Numbered from the stretch's first letter, positions 22,038 to 37,000 are shown. The stretch is 64,000 nucleotides of DNA from Cycas panzhihuaensis (GCA_023213395.1 CM041465.1:68021741-68085740); one strand, 5' to 3'. Numbers and translations are program-made. Notes: a model not told the origin generated them from the letters alone.

Positions 22038-25000
22038 TTAAGTATACTTAGTGGTAATTACTGATGTAAAATTTCACAATCATAAGGGATTTAGTATTTA
22101 CCAAACATATGAATGGAAAAAATCTAGTACTTATCAAAATAAACGGCCAATCTTATGATAAGATTTATGTCTATAATATTACATGTATTGCTTAGGCCAA
22201 TTAATACAACCATCTTTTCCTTTTATAGGATCCCAAATAATTTATTTATGCATGGTTGTCAAATGATTAATGTGCCTACCATTAAAATGGTTTATTGCCC
22301 ATCGTCAATAGGCACTTCCTACATAAGTTCGTTAACTTATCAATCATTAATGATATTAAGTTTGACATTATGAACTTCTTACTCTACTATGTATAGTAGT
22401 TGCCATTTTAAATAAGTTTTGTTATGGTTAAGAACCCAATCCTATTAATAGTATAAATAGTTTCTATTCTTATTAGACTTCTTAACTTTGTCACTTTGGG
22501 AAGTCAAAGGAATTAGCCATCGAGGAGGTTGTTGGGTCAAAGGAATATAATGGCAATCAACTAAGGCTTATTTTGCTAAGGTGATATCATCAACTAGTAA
22601 GCTTAGTAGAAACATGCTAACCATAGTAGTAATCTAAAGATGGAGGTTGGCCCAATAGTATTTTATAGCTTCTTCATTAGGCACATCTATTTTAAGATGA
22701 AATTTCTCAAAACATTTAGTAAACTCTTTAACAAAGGAATCTCATTTGAAATAGTGAGATAGTTGCACCTTGTATGGGGTTGAATTAGGGCCTTTGATAT
22801 GTTTCTGCAGGTCATCAATAAAGATAGCCCATAGTGTGAAATTATAATCCTTATACTATTTACATAACCATATGTAGATGTGACCCTTCAAATGATTAAT
22901 AGTAAAACATGTTTTGTCATTTTCATTGGTGATAAAGAGATCCTAAAATATTGTTGTCAATTTAACAATCCATTCATGTATATCTATAGGGTCCTTGATG
23001 TTGAAATTAGGATTACAATTTGTTCTCCAATATTAAAGGGGGTTATTATTATTATTTAGGGGTGGGTGTGGTGGCTTTATCTTATAATTTATAATAGTAG
23101 CTAATTTGCTTATGATCCATTGAATGGATTCTTTCAAGGAGTTGACTAGAGTGTTAACACTAATACTAGCATCACCTTTTAAGGCAATTCTAACCATTTT
23201 CTTATGATCAATTTTATTTACATTCTTAGTTATGGATCATAGATTGGTAATAAAGTTTAAGGGTCTAGGAATTGACTAAGCACTTTTTCATTCATATGAC
23301 TATTTCAAAATGTATGAGCACTAGCTTAAAAGAGAGAGTAGATTTGTAATGACATTGAAATCTCCATCACATAAGTGAATTCTTTGTCTAGAAGCCAAAA
23401 ATTAATGTACCTTTTTAAAATAGTGGTATAGATAATAATAAATTTAAAAGTTGAAGCTAATTAATGATATGGAATTTAGCTAACTACACTTAAAATGAGA
23501 ATGTATTTCTTAACATCATATATTAAACCTTTTATCTATCAACTAGTACTTAGGATAGGAAGATTAGATAAGTTAGCATCGAGCTAAAGATATGGATCTT
23601 AATGACTATGGATTTTAGAGAAGAGCATTTGGTTACTTGGTGAGTAAATGGATTTATTATCCTTCAATTGATATGTGTTGGTTGAGAGAATGATAGGTAA
23701 GTCTAGATGAAATTGGGTGTGTTAATAAGTTTGAGATATGATGATAAGGATGTATAGGAAAATGTCCATTTAGATATTTAGTAGGAAAAATATATTTAAT
23801 TTTGAAATATAAAACAATCTTCATAAAAGAACATTCATATTTTAATAATATAGAATGTATAAGATTTTTTTTTTTTTTGGGTTAGGTTGTAGCCAACGGA
23901 ATAGAAAATACAACTATGAGGAGCCCCAACCATGACAACAAAGAGGTAAGATTACCTAATGTGAGGAGCTCATGGTATTAAATATGGAGACCATGGTAAA
24001 TAGAATGAGAGAAGGTAAGGATATAGGATATGTTGAAAATAAACATTAGAATATAGTGATGATAAGATACAGATAGCCATGGGGATTATGAACATGGAGA
24101 TAGTGTCAAACACCAAAAGATAGGAATGAAAGAAAGGAGGATGGAGAATAGCAATAATAAATGTAAGAAATAGGTAGACAATAGGCTAGAAATAAATAAT
24201 ACATAGTGAACACAAATAAAGGCATGATGTTGAAGTGGATTACCACTATAAATAAGGGTAGATACAAACATAAGGATGCTAATGATGATTTGAGAAGACA
24301 AGTTTGAATGGAGAATGAGATTGGCATTGAGAATGTGGCAAATAAGTATTTTCTAAAATTATTAAAATGCTTACAAAAAGGAAAACTAATAGCATATAAG
24401 AGGAATTGGATACAAAGGACAATAATAGTTGAGGTTTTTTATATAAGTTAATGACCATAAATAATTGGAAAAGGGCTATGAGAATGGAGTTACTTACCAA
24501 AGATTGTTCTATGTGTTAGGAATGAACAGCTTTAATTCCACTTGTAATAAATATAATGCTTGTTATCCTATGAGATTATAGCTAGGCGAGAGACCTTGAG
24601 AAACAATGCATAAGCAAACAACAATAAATATTAGATCATAGAGAAGATTTGAATGAAATTTGAATGTTTCTTCTAAAGATGAGACTAATATAATTTTGTT
24701 GGATATGTTAAACTTTGCATGTTTTACACTCATATAAGCATTATACTTGAACCTTACTTTAGGGTTATAATGGGTCATGTTGAGCCTATGGCTTTATACT
24801 TATAGTTTTGTAATACCACTTGGCAATTCCTTGTATTGTTATGGCTATATATTCTTTTATATCATAAAGGTAAAGAGATGATTAGGGTTTTGAGTATTGT
24901 TTATATTATTGTACTTTGTAATTCTTTAACCATTGCTTAGATTAATAATATGGTCTAACATTAGACCTAAATCTTTGTGTATACTTATGGATATGTTTGA

Positions 25001-27872
25001 GTGTCTCTTTTGCATTGTTTTAAGTTACTTTTTACATTGCTTCTCTATATCTATTTTTCTTTAAATTTAATATTCAATATGATATTTATACAATAATCAA
25101 GGTGTATATTTATAATTCTTGTTTATTCAAATATGCCTTTCAAATATTATTTTATTATTATTATTAACCCATTATGCTAATATATACTTAATTAATATTA
25201 ACCATGTGCTAACCAACACTCTAGGTTGTGGGGTCTAGAACAATACCACTACCTCAAGTAATTTATTTCCATAAGATGGAGAAACTATTAAAGAGGGAAC
25301 ATATAGGATTCATCATATAATTATATTCCATGGAAGTAATAATACACGACACATGTAAAGATGTTGATCCAAAGGAAGTAAACCCTGATATATAAGCTAA
25401 GAAAATTAAAAAGGCCATAGATAACTATTTAAAGACCTTCCCAAAGCCTTTTTACTAGATCAGGGCATGGAGTATTATATTGAAATAACATCAAATTAAT
25501 CCCTAGTAGGATAGAAATCCTAACACAATATCTACTAAAGATGAATGTTATTATTGACACAAAATGTAATACCTTCAATTTCTACCTAGTATAACTTATA
25601 TGTCTAGTGTGAAATATAATTCACATCTGAGTTGACATTTTATAAGTTGGAAAAATACTTAAAAGTGGGCACTTGATTGAGCTATAATAAAATATATGTC
25701 ACTTAATCAAAATATGATATGATCAACCCTAGGGTTTAAAGAACCCAAGGGGTAAATAGATGTATGAGAAATAAAATAAAAATTGACCTAATGTATAGGG
25801 CCTTGTCCCACTAAAAAGGAAATACTAGTGTTAGGCTATCGTGTCAATATTTTTCTATAGCAAAGCGGGAAAGGCTAACCTAAGATCATTAAGGCTACTT
25901 ATCTATTCTATTGACTAATGATTATTAGGTGGTCTCTCTTAGGAATGTAACCTCAACCCTACTAGAATGACCATCTCTAACCTTGGTGGTGAACTCCAAG
26001 GTAAACCATAAGATATCTTAAGCAATTATGATTAGTGCATGTGACAGCAAGATAAATCTCCTTATGGTCTCTTTAAAGAAGGCTACTTAACCAACTCTGA
26101 CTTTATAACACACTCCTAAGGAGAGACCATATACTTAACTCACTTACTCTTTAATATCCTCGTATATATTAGAATCATTTAATAACCTAAGTTTTTACAT
26201 GTAAGTCCTAACTGGTAAATTATACTAATGTGGTTGTATGCCTATTAAGGAACTAACCTTAGCTAACTAAGGCTTTGACTCACTATGGGGCCTCACTTAC
26301 ATGGACAATTTTAGTCTAATAACATCTTAGTAAGAGTATTAGAATAGGGTTTTGACTCAAAAAACATCTAGGACATACCTAAGGATCCCAAGGGATATGA
26401 TAGATCAATAAAGTGAAAACCCTTTGATAATGACATATCAATTCAAAATTCCTAGTGCGATAATAGTCATAACCTAAGTTATTGAGTAAATAACACTTAT
26501 GAATGAAAATACGATGTGGCATTGAGAATCCATCAAATCTTGAGCTCATCAAATGTGTGTGTATGATAAAAATAAAAATTTTTACTGTTTTATTTTTTGC
26601 TTTATTTATTTATTTATTTATTCTATAACAATGTATTTCTTAACTCCTACATAAGTTACTTTCAAATAGAATGAAAAATGATGTACAATCTAAACCTCTA
26701 ATGCACTTATATATAAATACACTTAGATGAAATAAGATTTCACCTTTTAAATATATGTTTTTTTTAGGTTAATCAAAATTAAAAATAAACTATATGTGAA
26801 TGTAGTTAATCCCCTTCCCTCCTAGCTTATTTTATTCTAGAAAATAAACAAAATGTGTATGCCTATAATCCCCTAATTTATATGCATAATAACTACTCAA
26901 AATCCCTTGATTGCCTATATGAAAGTTAAAATATGGCTACTTATGATGCTACATAATGATGACTATGTGAGTATATAATATTCACAAATTCCAATGTATT
27001 TAAAAATCTTAAGTTTGATATTTCAAATGAGAAAGGAAGGATAAAGGATGACTTTCATTTTATTCGTAATGATTCTATGCATTAACACTTATAAGATGTG
27101 AATAATAACATTTTATTTTTAATGAGTTAAGGGTTGATGTGATATATCCATATATGCCATTCAATTATTCACTATAAACCATGTATGGTGTTCACTTTTA
27201 TCCCTTGAAATAAATGTGATCTTAATGGTGCTTATGTATGTGTCTATAGATTCATATGTTTGGTAAAAAATGTGGCATTAATATGTTTTAATTTTATTGA
27301 AATAACAAGGTAAAACTCATGAATAAGAGAGATGTGTCTTTGGTTATTTAAGGGTTGATATTATATGTCAAAAAGAGGTGTTTAATGCTTGTCATAAACC
27401 ATGTTTAATTGTCACTTTTTCCATTTAAAAATAAATGTGAATCAAACATATAAAATCATGCATTTATTAACTCGTATGTCTATCAAAAGTTTAATAAAAA
27501 CGATCATAGTATTATTGATAACATATAAAATAAAAAAGTTTGATTTTTTATCATATGAAGTTCATTGTCTTATGTCAAAAGTGGATGATTAGTATTCATT
27601 ATAAAACATATTTCAAATTTTGTGTTTTATGATAAGCTTTTTTCATTAAAATTTACGTGATTTTAAGTGTATATAATTCCATTTATTAGCTTAAATAACC
27701 ATATGAAATTGATCAAAATATTTGTATTTATGCCTTGAATTAGGTAAAATTTACATTACTTTGAGTGTGTATAAGAGTAAATTAAAAAAGAGAGGAATAA
27801 ATAAATAAGGAAAATATCAAACAAAAAAAAAGAAAAGCCATAATTATGCCAGTGTATGTGTGGTTTATGAAG

Positions 27873-27954
27873 GTGAGTCAATGGGACTTGAACCCTAAAC
27901 CTCTTTTGTACTAATTGTCTAACACTAAACCCACTGCCACTATATTAAACTCAC
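27873..27954 (-). other. tRNA-derived relic (possible SINE head or tRNA pseudogene)
   Basis: A-box-like TAGTGGCAGTGG (27942-27931), B-box GGTTCAAGTCC (27894-27884), acceptor-like stem GTGAGTT/GACTCAC; no clean anticodon arm. Confidence 0.4.
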
Positions 27955-28319
27955 TCATCAAGTCAAATACATTAATACAAAATACTTAACCCTGGTAAAT
28001 TTACTACTGCTTTATTAAAATGCACTTAATTTACATCATTGCATTGATAATATAGAAGTTTTTGCATTCTTTAAATAACTATTCAAAAAACATAATTAAT
28101 GGCCATCTTTATTAAATGAATACAATATGGTATTAAAAGGGTTTTATATTTCATTAAGAGTGTGCAAATAAATATAGATTATTATTATTATTTAATTATA
28201 TGACTAGTTTAACTGATTATCATAATAGTAATGAAGTAATCATAAATTGGATCGACTTCTTCAAACACAAAAAAAAAAAAGAAATAAAAGTTAAATAGAC
28301 AAATTTGCCTTAGGCACCA

Positions 28320-29500
28320 AGTGCTAAATAAAATTAAGATTAACCTAAAAATAAAACTTACATAATGAAATGGGGCTCTCCCTTATTTATAGGTGCCAGT
28401 ATAGCTCCCTATTAAAAAATTATCTTCAATAATAATAATAATAATAATAATATACTAACTTCTCCTTATTAGATTAGGATCATTGTAATCTATCCCTCCT
28501 TTAAATAATACTTCACCCACGAAGTATTGTAACCTTGTTGTTTGAGGTTAGATCATGCATTTCCTTATATGAGTCTTTCATCTCTACTTGATAAGGTTGT
28601 AATATCATATGTTTTTTATTCTCCTTTAGTTTATCTTCTCGAAGCAACCCATATATATCTTTTTCATGTTTATGATAATGCTCTATCTAGAGCTTCTTTT
28701 ATAAGTGATTTTATTCTTGATCAAATATGAGACCTATGTGTTATAAGGTCTTGTCTCTTGCTTAGATATTATATCTACTTATAGTTGTTCTTGGGCCTAT
28801 TGCATGCCCTCCTTTCTTGAAGCACTTGACCCTTAAAATGTAATAAGAAACTAATTCATAAGTTCGATGAAGGTCTTCAAAAAGGTTATGTATAAAATGA
28901 GGATCTATCCATCCTAAGTAGATCTTAATTGGCATTGAATATCTTTAAATTAAAATTTTTAAGCTTGAACTTTATGCTTGCTTAGGGTATTTAATCTATA
29001 ATTATCCTGAATGTTGAGTATTTACATGCTAAGTCTCTTGGTAGTATGGATGATGATAAGGTCTTATTTTTTTCTTAACCTTGAGTAAAGTAAGCTCTTC
29101 TTCTTCCTTAGCTATATCTGCTAGCATGGGGTTACAAATATATTCTTTTACTTGTTCCTTTTGTTCCATTTCTCTTTTATTATTTTGTTGTTCCTTATAA
29201 GTATCTTATAATTGACTTTTTTTGAATGAGGACAATTCCTTTTCCTACATTATGATTAAATCACTCTAATATATGATGAGCCTCTTTTTTCTCTTATTCA
29301 CTTTTTTGCATCTCTTGCCACCAAGACTTATTATATTTTAGGCAAAAGGCCCCTTACAACCAATCTCAACTCCATAAACTATTATTTTCCTTATACCAAT
29401 GGTAATCTTCTCCTTACAGATAAAAAGAGCCTACTTTAGACATTTCTTTACTTTCTAAGGAGTCATCAATAAGGGATTTCAAATAAGTATTCATTTTATT
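28320..29500 (-). mobile_element. Highly degenerate LTR-retrotransposon 3' remnant
   Basis: PPT-like AAAGGAGGGA near 28493-28502, TATA-like CTATAAATA near 28384-28392, and a degraded SRIKSLIKEAL motif; boundaries uncertain. Confidence 0.3.
28428..28451 (+). repeat. (AAT)8 microsatellite
   Basis: Read directly from the sequence. Confidence 0.9.
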
Positions 29501-29509
29501 AGTCTAATT

Positions 29510-32302
29510 ATTTTTTATTTGATATGGTTTAAATTAATGGGGGACTTAAACTGGGACCCCATCCCCTTTATACCATCTACCTAACGACTTGCAAAACTAT
29601 CGTGACAGGCCCACGACCTAATTAACCCCTAAGTTACTAATCGGATACAAACCCCTTGTACCACTAATAAGCCTAGTGGCTAGCTCAACAAAGCCACAAC
29701 ATGCCCTATGGCTAGTAGATCTACCTAAGGTCAATGCCCTCTAAATCCTTTCTAACTAGACCTAAAATCCCTTTAGGAATCATATCCCTCCAGTGTTCGT
29801 TCCTTTTGGCCTGAATCCCCTAATTAGCTAGTGCATCATCCAACCCATTACGTTCTTTGTAGGTGTGTTTAATTTGGCTATCAGTTTTTTCTTTAAAGAG
29901 CTCCCTAGCATAATTTATTAGAGCACTATGTCTCCAATCTGGGGCCGCTTCCCCTTTGACTATATTTATTATATTCAATGAGTCCCCTTCTAAGATGATC
30001 CTCTTATGGCCCTCCATTGAAATCAACTCTACCGCTTTACGCATGGCCTCCATCTCAATATAATGATTGGTTTGAGGACCATAATAGTCTGCAAAGGCTC
30101 AAATCATCTTCCCTTCCACATTTCTATAGACCCCCACCACCACTTGCTTCATCGGGGTTATATTTCGTAGCTCCATCAAAATTTACTTTCACTGAACCCA
30201 CCAGGGGGGGGGGAGGGACCCATTTACACACTCTTTTTTGTTTCATTTTAACTTTAGGGCCAATTTCCTATTTTCCCAAAATCTTCCTTTCATCAAGGGA
30301 GGGGAGATTTTCCTCCTTGACATTAAGGATTTATCTCAAGGCCCTAATGATCCCCCTAAAAAGATGTGACTCTTCCATACTCTTCTCTTGAAAAATTCTT
30401 CTATTCCTTTCTTTTTATATATTCCATATCATCATAGGAAGCCATACTCGCCAAAAGAATTGTACTACTCTACTCCTAAAGGGGCCAATCCAGGAAGAGG
30501 CTAGATCCTTCACCGTGCCCAGAAGGACCCACTCCACCCTAAAAGAGTTCCATAGCATCTTTCACACCTCCCTAGAGTAGGAGCAGTGTAGCAAAATGTT
30601 GTCAATGGACTCCTCCTCCATCCTACATAAGATACATCTATTGACCATGGTAAACCCTCTTTTCCTGGGATTGTCCATGGTTAAGATTTTAATTTTTAGA
30701 TAGAGCCACCAAAAGATAGTTACCTTGGGTATAAGGCCTATCTTCTAGATGCCCCCTAACAACTTATTATCTATGATACCTTTTTCTCATAGCAAAAATA
30801 AATACCATGTCTTCACCAAGTAGTTCTTATTAGGGGACCCGGGCCAAACCATCACATCTTCCTTGGGGAATCTTAATATGTAGTTTTTGGCCAACTCATT
30901 TCTCAGGGCTTCTATTTGGTCTTTTCCCCCATTGTCAAGGGGGAAGTCCTTAAAACATCTCTAATTCTTAGAACCCCATTATGTTCCCAATATTCCTTAA
31001 CTTTCCTCTGGTACATCCTCTCATAGGGAGTTTGAATCAACCTAAGGTGGGTCTCCCCTTCATATGAGGCCTCCCATACCAAACATCCTCTCAGAGGTTT
31101 ATCCTTTCATCATTCCCTAGACTCCACTAGGTTCTAGCCACAAGCATCTTCCTCGCATAGATGAGTCTCCTCCAAATCACAAAACCACCCTTTCCTAAAA
31201 GATCATCCCTAAAGTACTTATTTCCCTTAAGGTAATTTTGGATCATAATGTTGCACCACAGTTAGCCAAGCCTTATCCTAGCTTCACCAACAAAGCCCTA
31301 TTAAAGTAAGTTATATCTTTCACATTTAGCCCACCCACTCTCGTTGGAAGGCAGACTTTCTCCCAGGCTGCAAGATGAATCTGTCCATATCCTCCACTCC
31401 CGACTGATAATCTTAGCTGGACACCTAAATAGGGATATCATATGGGTTGGAATGTTCTAGAGGTAATCAATAATTAAAGTTTACCAACTTAGCTTTTTAA
31501 AACCCCTTTCAAACCTGCCAACTTCCTTTGGACCTAATTAATAATAGGGTTCCAAAGCTCCTTCTCTATTTTGCCCATGAATAGAGGCATACCAAGGTAC
31601 AAGGTAGAAAGCTTCCGAATGGACATTCCCAAGATGCTATTGATAGCACCCTGGGTTCTGGCTAGGGTATTCAGGAAAAAAATACTATTTTTATTCAGTT
31701 GATCTTCTAGTTTGTAGCCTCCTCAAATCGATCTAGTTCAAACTTAATAGCTCTAGCCTCCACAAGGGCTACCTTGCCCAATAAAATATTATCGTCCATA
31801 CAATGACGGTGAACAATATTTCCCACTCCCAATGTGGGCTTTAATCCCATAATCTTTCCAATCCTCCTAGCTTCCTCCAAGGCCCTCCCTAATATCTCAA
31901 CCATAATTATAAAGAGATAAGGGGCTAAGGGGTCCCCTTGTCACAACCCTCTAAAACCTGGAAAGAAAGCTGATGATGTACCATTAACTATCACAACAAA
32001 CTTTGGGTTAGATATGTAATTAAATATCCAATTTCTCACCCAATTACTGAACCCAAATGCTTTTATATATTCCTTCAAGTAGTCCCATGAAACTCTATCA
32101 TAGGCCTTAGAGAGATCAATTTTAATAATCATACTAGCTTCATTCCTCTGACTCATAGAGTGGGCCATTTCACAAACCTCCATTATTCCATCCAGAATTT
32201 ATCTACCTTTTACAAAACCATCCTAATTTTGTAATATAATAAGAGGGAAGATTCCTTTTAATTTATTAGCAAGGATCTTCATTAAGATTTTGAATTTCAT
32301 AT
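29510..32302 (-). mobile_element. L1 LINE copy c (RT to RNase H, degenerate poly(A)), cut by the copia LTR at 32303
   Basis: KIDLSKAYDRV, QGDPLAPYLF, VKVNFDGATK, ILEGDSLNII motifs; T-rich tail at 29511-29520. Confidence 0.88.
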
Positions 32303-32952
32303 TGTTGGGAAGATAAGGTCCCAACCCTTAAACCGCCACCAAGATCTTAACTATTCTTGCAACTAGTTACAGGAATCAAAACTAATATTTAACATGTAAG
32401 TTCTTAAACCAGAGATAAAACAATAAAATGAACAAGAAAGCTAAGCATCACATATACACCTGATATAACGTAGTAAAACCATAGTAGCATGCTAGGAAAA
32501 CATCCACATAGGAAATGTATCAATCTTTATTATCAAATAATGAAGAAAATATACATAATCCTGTAGTAGAGTGCTTACAGCAATAACAACTAGCTGCCCA
32601 ACTCGTCACAGTACATTAAACACTATCAACATAATGAAAATTACCCTAAATTGGGCTACATGAGAGGGTCATCCAAGGCACAAATCTCAATTATAGAATC
32701 TAGGGTATTTTGAGTGAACGACCCTGATTCTCTTTACAATTTAATATACTTTTCAGTGCTAAATTTTTGGGTCAGGGGCTATCGCCCCTTAACCCCCTCT
32801 TTACAGGGGGCATTCCACTCCCCTCACACTCCCCTGGCCAAGGGGGGCTCCCACCTCCCTTGGAACCCCCCAAGGAAGGTTTGGGAGGGAAACCATGCTG
32901 CCAACATGTCAAAATTTTAACCTCTTAACCATTGTTGTCACATTACCTAACA
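32303..32952 (-). repeat. 3' LTR of the Tork-like copia
   Basis: Direct repeat of 37001-37649 (about 10 mismatches in the first 140 bp, counted by eye). Confidence 0.95.
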
Positions 32953-33009
32953 ATCTCCACCTTGACAGCAATTTACCTGGTACCTTTTCTAGGCCCTTCA
33001 TCACCTTTT

Positions 33010-36000
33010 CTATAAGCCAAGAGAAGTCAAACACCATTCGAGCTTCTCTAATAGTACTAGTTTTGTGAACATATCAGCATAATTCTGTTTTGTTTTAACC
33101 TTCTCAAGTACCACTCCACCTGCTTCCATAACCTGTTTAACAAAATGGTACTTAAGAGTAATATTCTTTGTCCTACTATGATAAGCTGGATTCTTAGTTA
33201 GGTAAATGACACTTTGACTGTCACAAAATACCTTTACCTTTTCCTGTTTCCTTCCAAGTTCAACCAATAGACCCTATAACTAGATTGCTTCTTTACAAGC
33301 ATATGCTGCAATAACATATTCAACTTCTATAGTCGATAATGCAATTGTGCTATGCAATTTTGACATCCAACTAACTGGACCCTTTGTAAGAGTGAATACA
33401 TAACCTGAAGTAGACCTTCTCTTATATAAATCTCCTGCAAAGTCTGAATCAACATATCCATAAACATGATTACCTGTACCTCCAAAGGTGATGTAATAGT
33501 CACTTGTGCCTCTCAAATACTGAAGTACCCATTTCACTGCTGCCTAATGTTCCTTTATTGGATTTGCCATAAACCTGCTAACTACATCAACTACATGTAA
33601 AATGTCAGGTCCTGTACATACCATGGTATACATCAAACTTCCTACTACATTAGCATAAGGTACATGAGACATATAATAATTTTCTTCTTCATTACTAGGA
33701 CTCATACTCGAAGAAAGCTTAAAATAGGAAGCCAATGGGATACTCACTGGTTTCACATTTGCCATACCAAACCTAGTTAGCACCCTCTCCACATATTTCT
33801 GTTGTGAAAACCATAGCTTACCATTTTTCCTACTCTATGTATCTTCATACGTAAGATTTATTTTACAACTCCTAGATCCTTCATATCAAAAGTCCTAGCA
33901 AATTGAGCCTTTAACTTATTGATTTCTTCCATGCCCTTGCTTGCAACCAGCATGCCATCAACATACAATACCAAGATAATGAATAAGTCATTGTTCATGA
34001 ATTTAAAGTAAACACAATGATCATACTCACTTCTTTTGAAAATTTGGCTCTCCATGAAGGCATCAAACTTCATGTACCATTGCCTAGGTGATTGCTTCAG
34101 GCCATACAATGATTTCTTGAGCCTACAAATAAGTATTTTTCTGGCATCCTGTACAAACCCTTATAGCTAATCCATATAGATCTCCTCATCTAAATCTCCA
34201 TGTAGAAAAGTTATTTTTATATCTAACTACTCCAACTCCAAATCAAGAGAAGCTACTAATGCTAACAACACTAGAAGTGAAATAAGTTTTAAAACTGGCA
34301 AAAAGATCTCATGAAAGTCAATACCTGCTTTCTATATAAAGCCTTTAGCCACCAGTCTTGCCTTATATTTGTCAACCTTTCCATCAACATCTGTTTTCCT
34401 TTTGAAAACCCACCTGCAACCAACAGTCTTCCTACCATGTGGAAGTTCTACCAAGTCCCATGAATTATTTTTCTTTAAAGCATCTATCTCTTCTTACATA
34501 ACCCTCTTCCACTTCTCACCATGGGTATCATCTACTGCTTCTTGATAACATGTAGGCTCACCATCATTAGAAACTAAAGCAATAGAAATATAAGGGTTGT
34601 ACCTGCCAGGTGGATGACTAACTCATGTAGATCTTCTAACTGTTGGTAAAGGAGTGTCCACATACTCCTATAAATTTGCTGTAGATTCATCTTCAGAAAG
34701 ATCTTCTTGCTCTTCTGATTCCAAAGATAACTGGGTTTCAAACTTGACCTGTTGATGTTCAACTTTCTGCTCCTGTTTTACTTCAACTTCTACACTGTCT
34801 GATTTTAGAAGGAGAGATTCATCAAATATAACATCTCTGTTAATGGTGATTTTGTGGGTAGTAGGATCCCACAACATGTATCCCTTTATACCATCTTTAT
34901 CACCATAACCAACAAAGATACATCTTTTGGATTATGGGTCTAACTTTGAACGTTTACTTTTATCAATCAGGGCATAAGCATCACAACTAAAAACTTTCAA
35001 ATTTGAATAGTCACATGGATGTCCAATCCATACCTCTTTAGGAATCTTGTAATCTATTGTAAGTGATGGTGATCTGTTTACCAGATAACAAGCTGTTTGA
35101 ACATCTTTTGCCCATAATCCCTGCTCCACTCTTATATTACTTAGCATGCTTCTTGCTCTTTTCTAAGAGTGTCCTATTCATGTACTCAACTATGCCATTT
35201 TGTTGTGGAGTATAGCTAGTGGTCTTATGCCTTTTAATCCCAGTTTCTCTGCAATAGTTCTCAAACTCCAAGGAGTTGAACTCGTCTCCATTATCAGTTC
35301 TTAAACATTTGATTGACTTACCAGTGTTGTTCTTAACTAGAGCCTTGAACTGCTTAAATAAACTAAAAACTTCAGATTTCCTTTTCAAAAAATAGACCCA
35401 TAACTTTCTGGAGTAATCATCTATAAATATGATAAAATATAATGATCCTCCACAAGATATTGTAGGGGTTAGTCCCCATACATCTGAATGTATATAATCT
35501 GGAACACCTTTATTAGTGTGACTCCCTACTTTAAACTTAAGTCTACACTACTTTCAAAAAAATATAATATTTGCAAAAAGCTAAATCTGAAAGTTATAGG
35601 TTAGGAAGTAACTTACGGTTTATCAATACCTTAAGTCCTCTCTTACTTATGTGCCCAAGTCTCTGATGCCATAATTGAGCTGGATCTTCTGCAGTCTTTG
35701 ATGCTGTAGCTACATGGCTGGCATCTATACTTCCCACTAAAATGTAAAGGTTTCCTTTCTTTAAGGCTTTTATAATAACCAAGGTGCCCTTTGACACCTT
35801 TAAGACTCCTTCATGACCTATATGCTTATAACCACCTGAATCTAGTTCACCTAAGGAAATCAGATTCCTTTTTAGATTAGGTACATATCTAATCTCAGTT
35901 AATATTCTCACTACACCATTGAACATCTTAATTTTAATGCTACTAATGCCTACTATTTTACAAGAAACTTCATTTCTCATAAGCACATCACCACTATTAA

Positions 36001-36920
36001 GAGGTTGGTATGATGAGAACCAACTCTTGTGTGGATACATGTGGTGTGAAGCACCTAAATCTAATAACCAGTCATGGTGATAATGGAAAATATTACAAGT
36101 AACTAAGACATCATCATCTGTACCTTAATTTTACTCCACCTAATTAGCCACCTTGACAAGATCTTCCTTTTTCTAGAACTCCTTCCTTTTGTAGTAATCC
36201 TTCTTGAGGTGACCGGTCTTATTACAATGCCAACACCTGAGCTTACTCTTCTTGCCTTTTGACTTTGACCTCGATGTATGCCTAGAACTTTATCCTCTAT
36301 CAATTATTCTGTCCCTTGTTGTCATAGCTTACGGTGTGGAGGTTTCAAGACTAGACTTCCTCTGCACTTCTTCCATCAATAAAGCACTCACAACAGAATC
36401 ATATTCTAATTCATTTATAGTGCTAAAACTAATTGAGGTAACAATATCATCCTAGGATTCTAGTGATGAGCATAACAAGGTAACAACCTTGTCCTCATCC
36501 TCAATTTTGACATCGATACTAACCAACTAACAAATAAGAGTACTGAAAATATTTAAATGGTCAACAATTTTTGTACCTTCCTTCATCCGTAATAAGTATA
36601 GTTACCTCTTCAAGTATATTTGATTCTTCACTAATTTGGTCATATACATGCCTTCCAACCGGGTCCATAATCCTACTGCTATCTGCTCCCCTACGATGTT
36701 AAATAGAACTTCATCTACCAAACACAATTGTATTGTGCTCAGATCCTTTTTATCTAGATCATCCCATTCATCATCGTCTATCCCTACGGGTTTCTTTATT
36801 TTGCCTGCAAGGGCTCTATACAAACGTTGTTGTACAAGAACATCATATGCTTTCAACTTCCACAACTTGAAGTTGTTCTTGCCATTGAATTTCTCCATCT
36901 CAAACTTTACACTTGCTAGT
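33010..36920 (-). pseudogene. Copia gag-pol polyprotein, many stops and frameshifts
   Basis: EKFNGKNNFKLWK, LWHQRLGH, CLRTDNGDEF, TPQQNG, YGLKQSPRQWY, LYVDGML, GYVDSDFAGD, FCDSQS. Confidence 0.93.
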
Positions 36921-37000
36921 TTCGCTATTTGGTGTAGAAAAAGCTGACACCAAAACCTTCACAAACTCGCTGCAAAAATAAAAGTGGTACTGATACCACT

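Larger units (their letters stand above)
18479..25242 (-). mobile_element. Old, AT-eroded Ty3/gypsy (chromovirus-like) element with gag + protease only, interrupted by L1-b
   Basis: 5' LTR 25242-24821; degenerate Met PBS TGGTATTA from 24818; gag FNIKDPIDIHEWIVKL...HLKGHIYIW (~23010-22860); protease VVLIGLSNTCNIID (~22210) and VILGVEWL (~18960); PPT 18540-18526; 3' LTR start 18525-18479 matches 25242-25197. Confidence 0.65.

Noticed and set aside
24086-28730. Short hydrophobic ORFs in AT-rich DNA as membrane-protein exons
   Set aside because: Composition-driven ORFs in eroded repeats, with no motif or splice-structure support.
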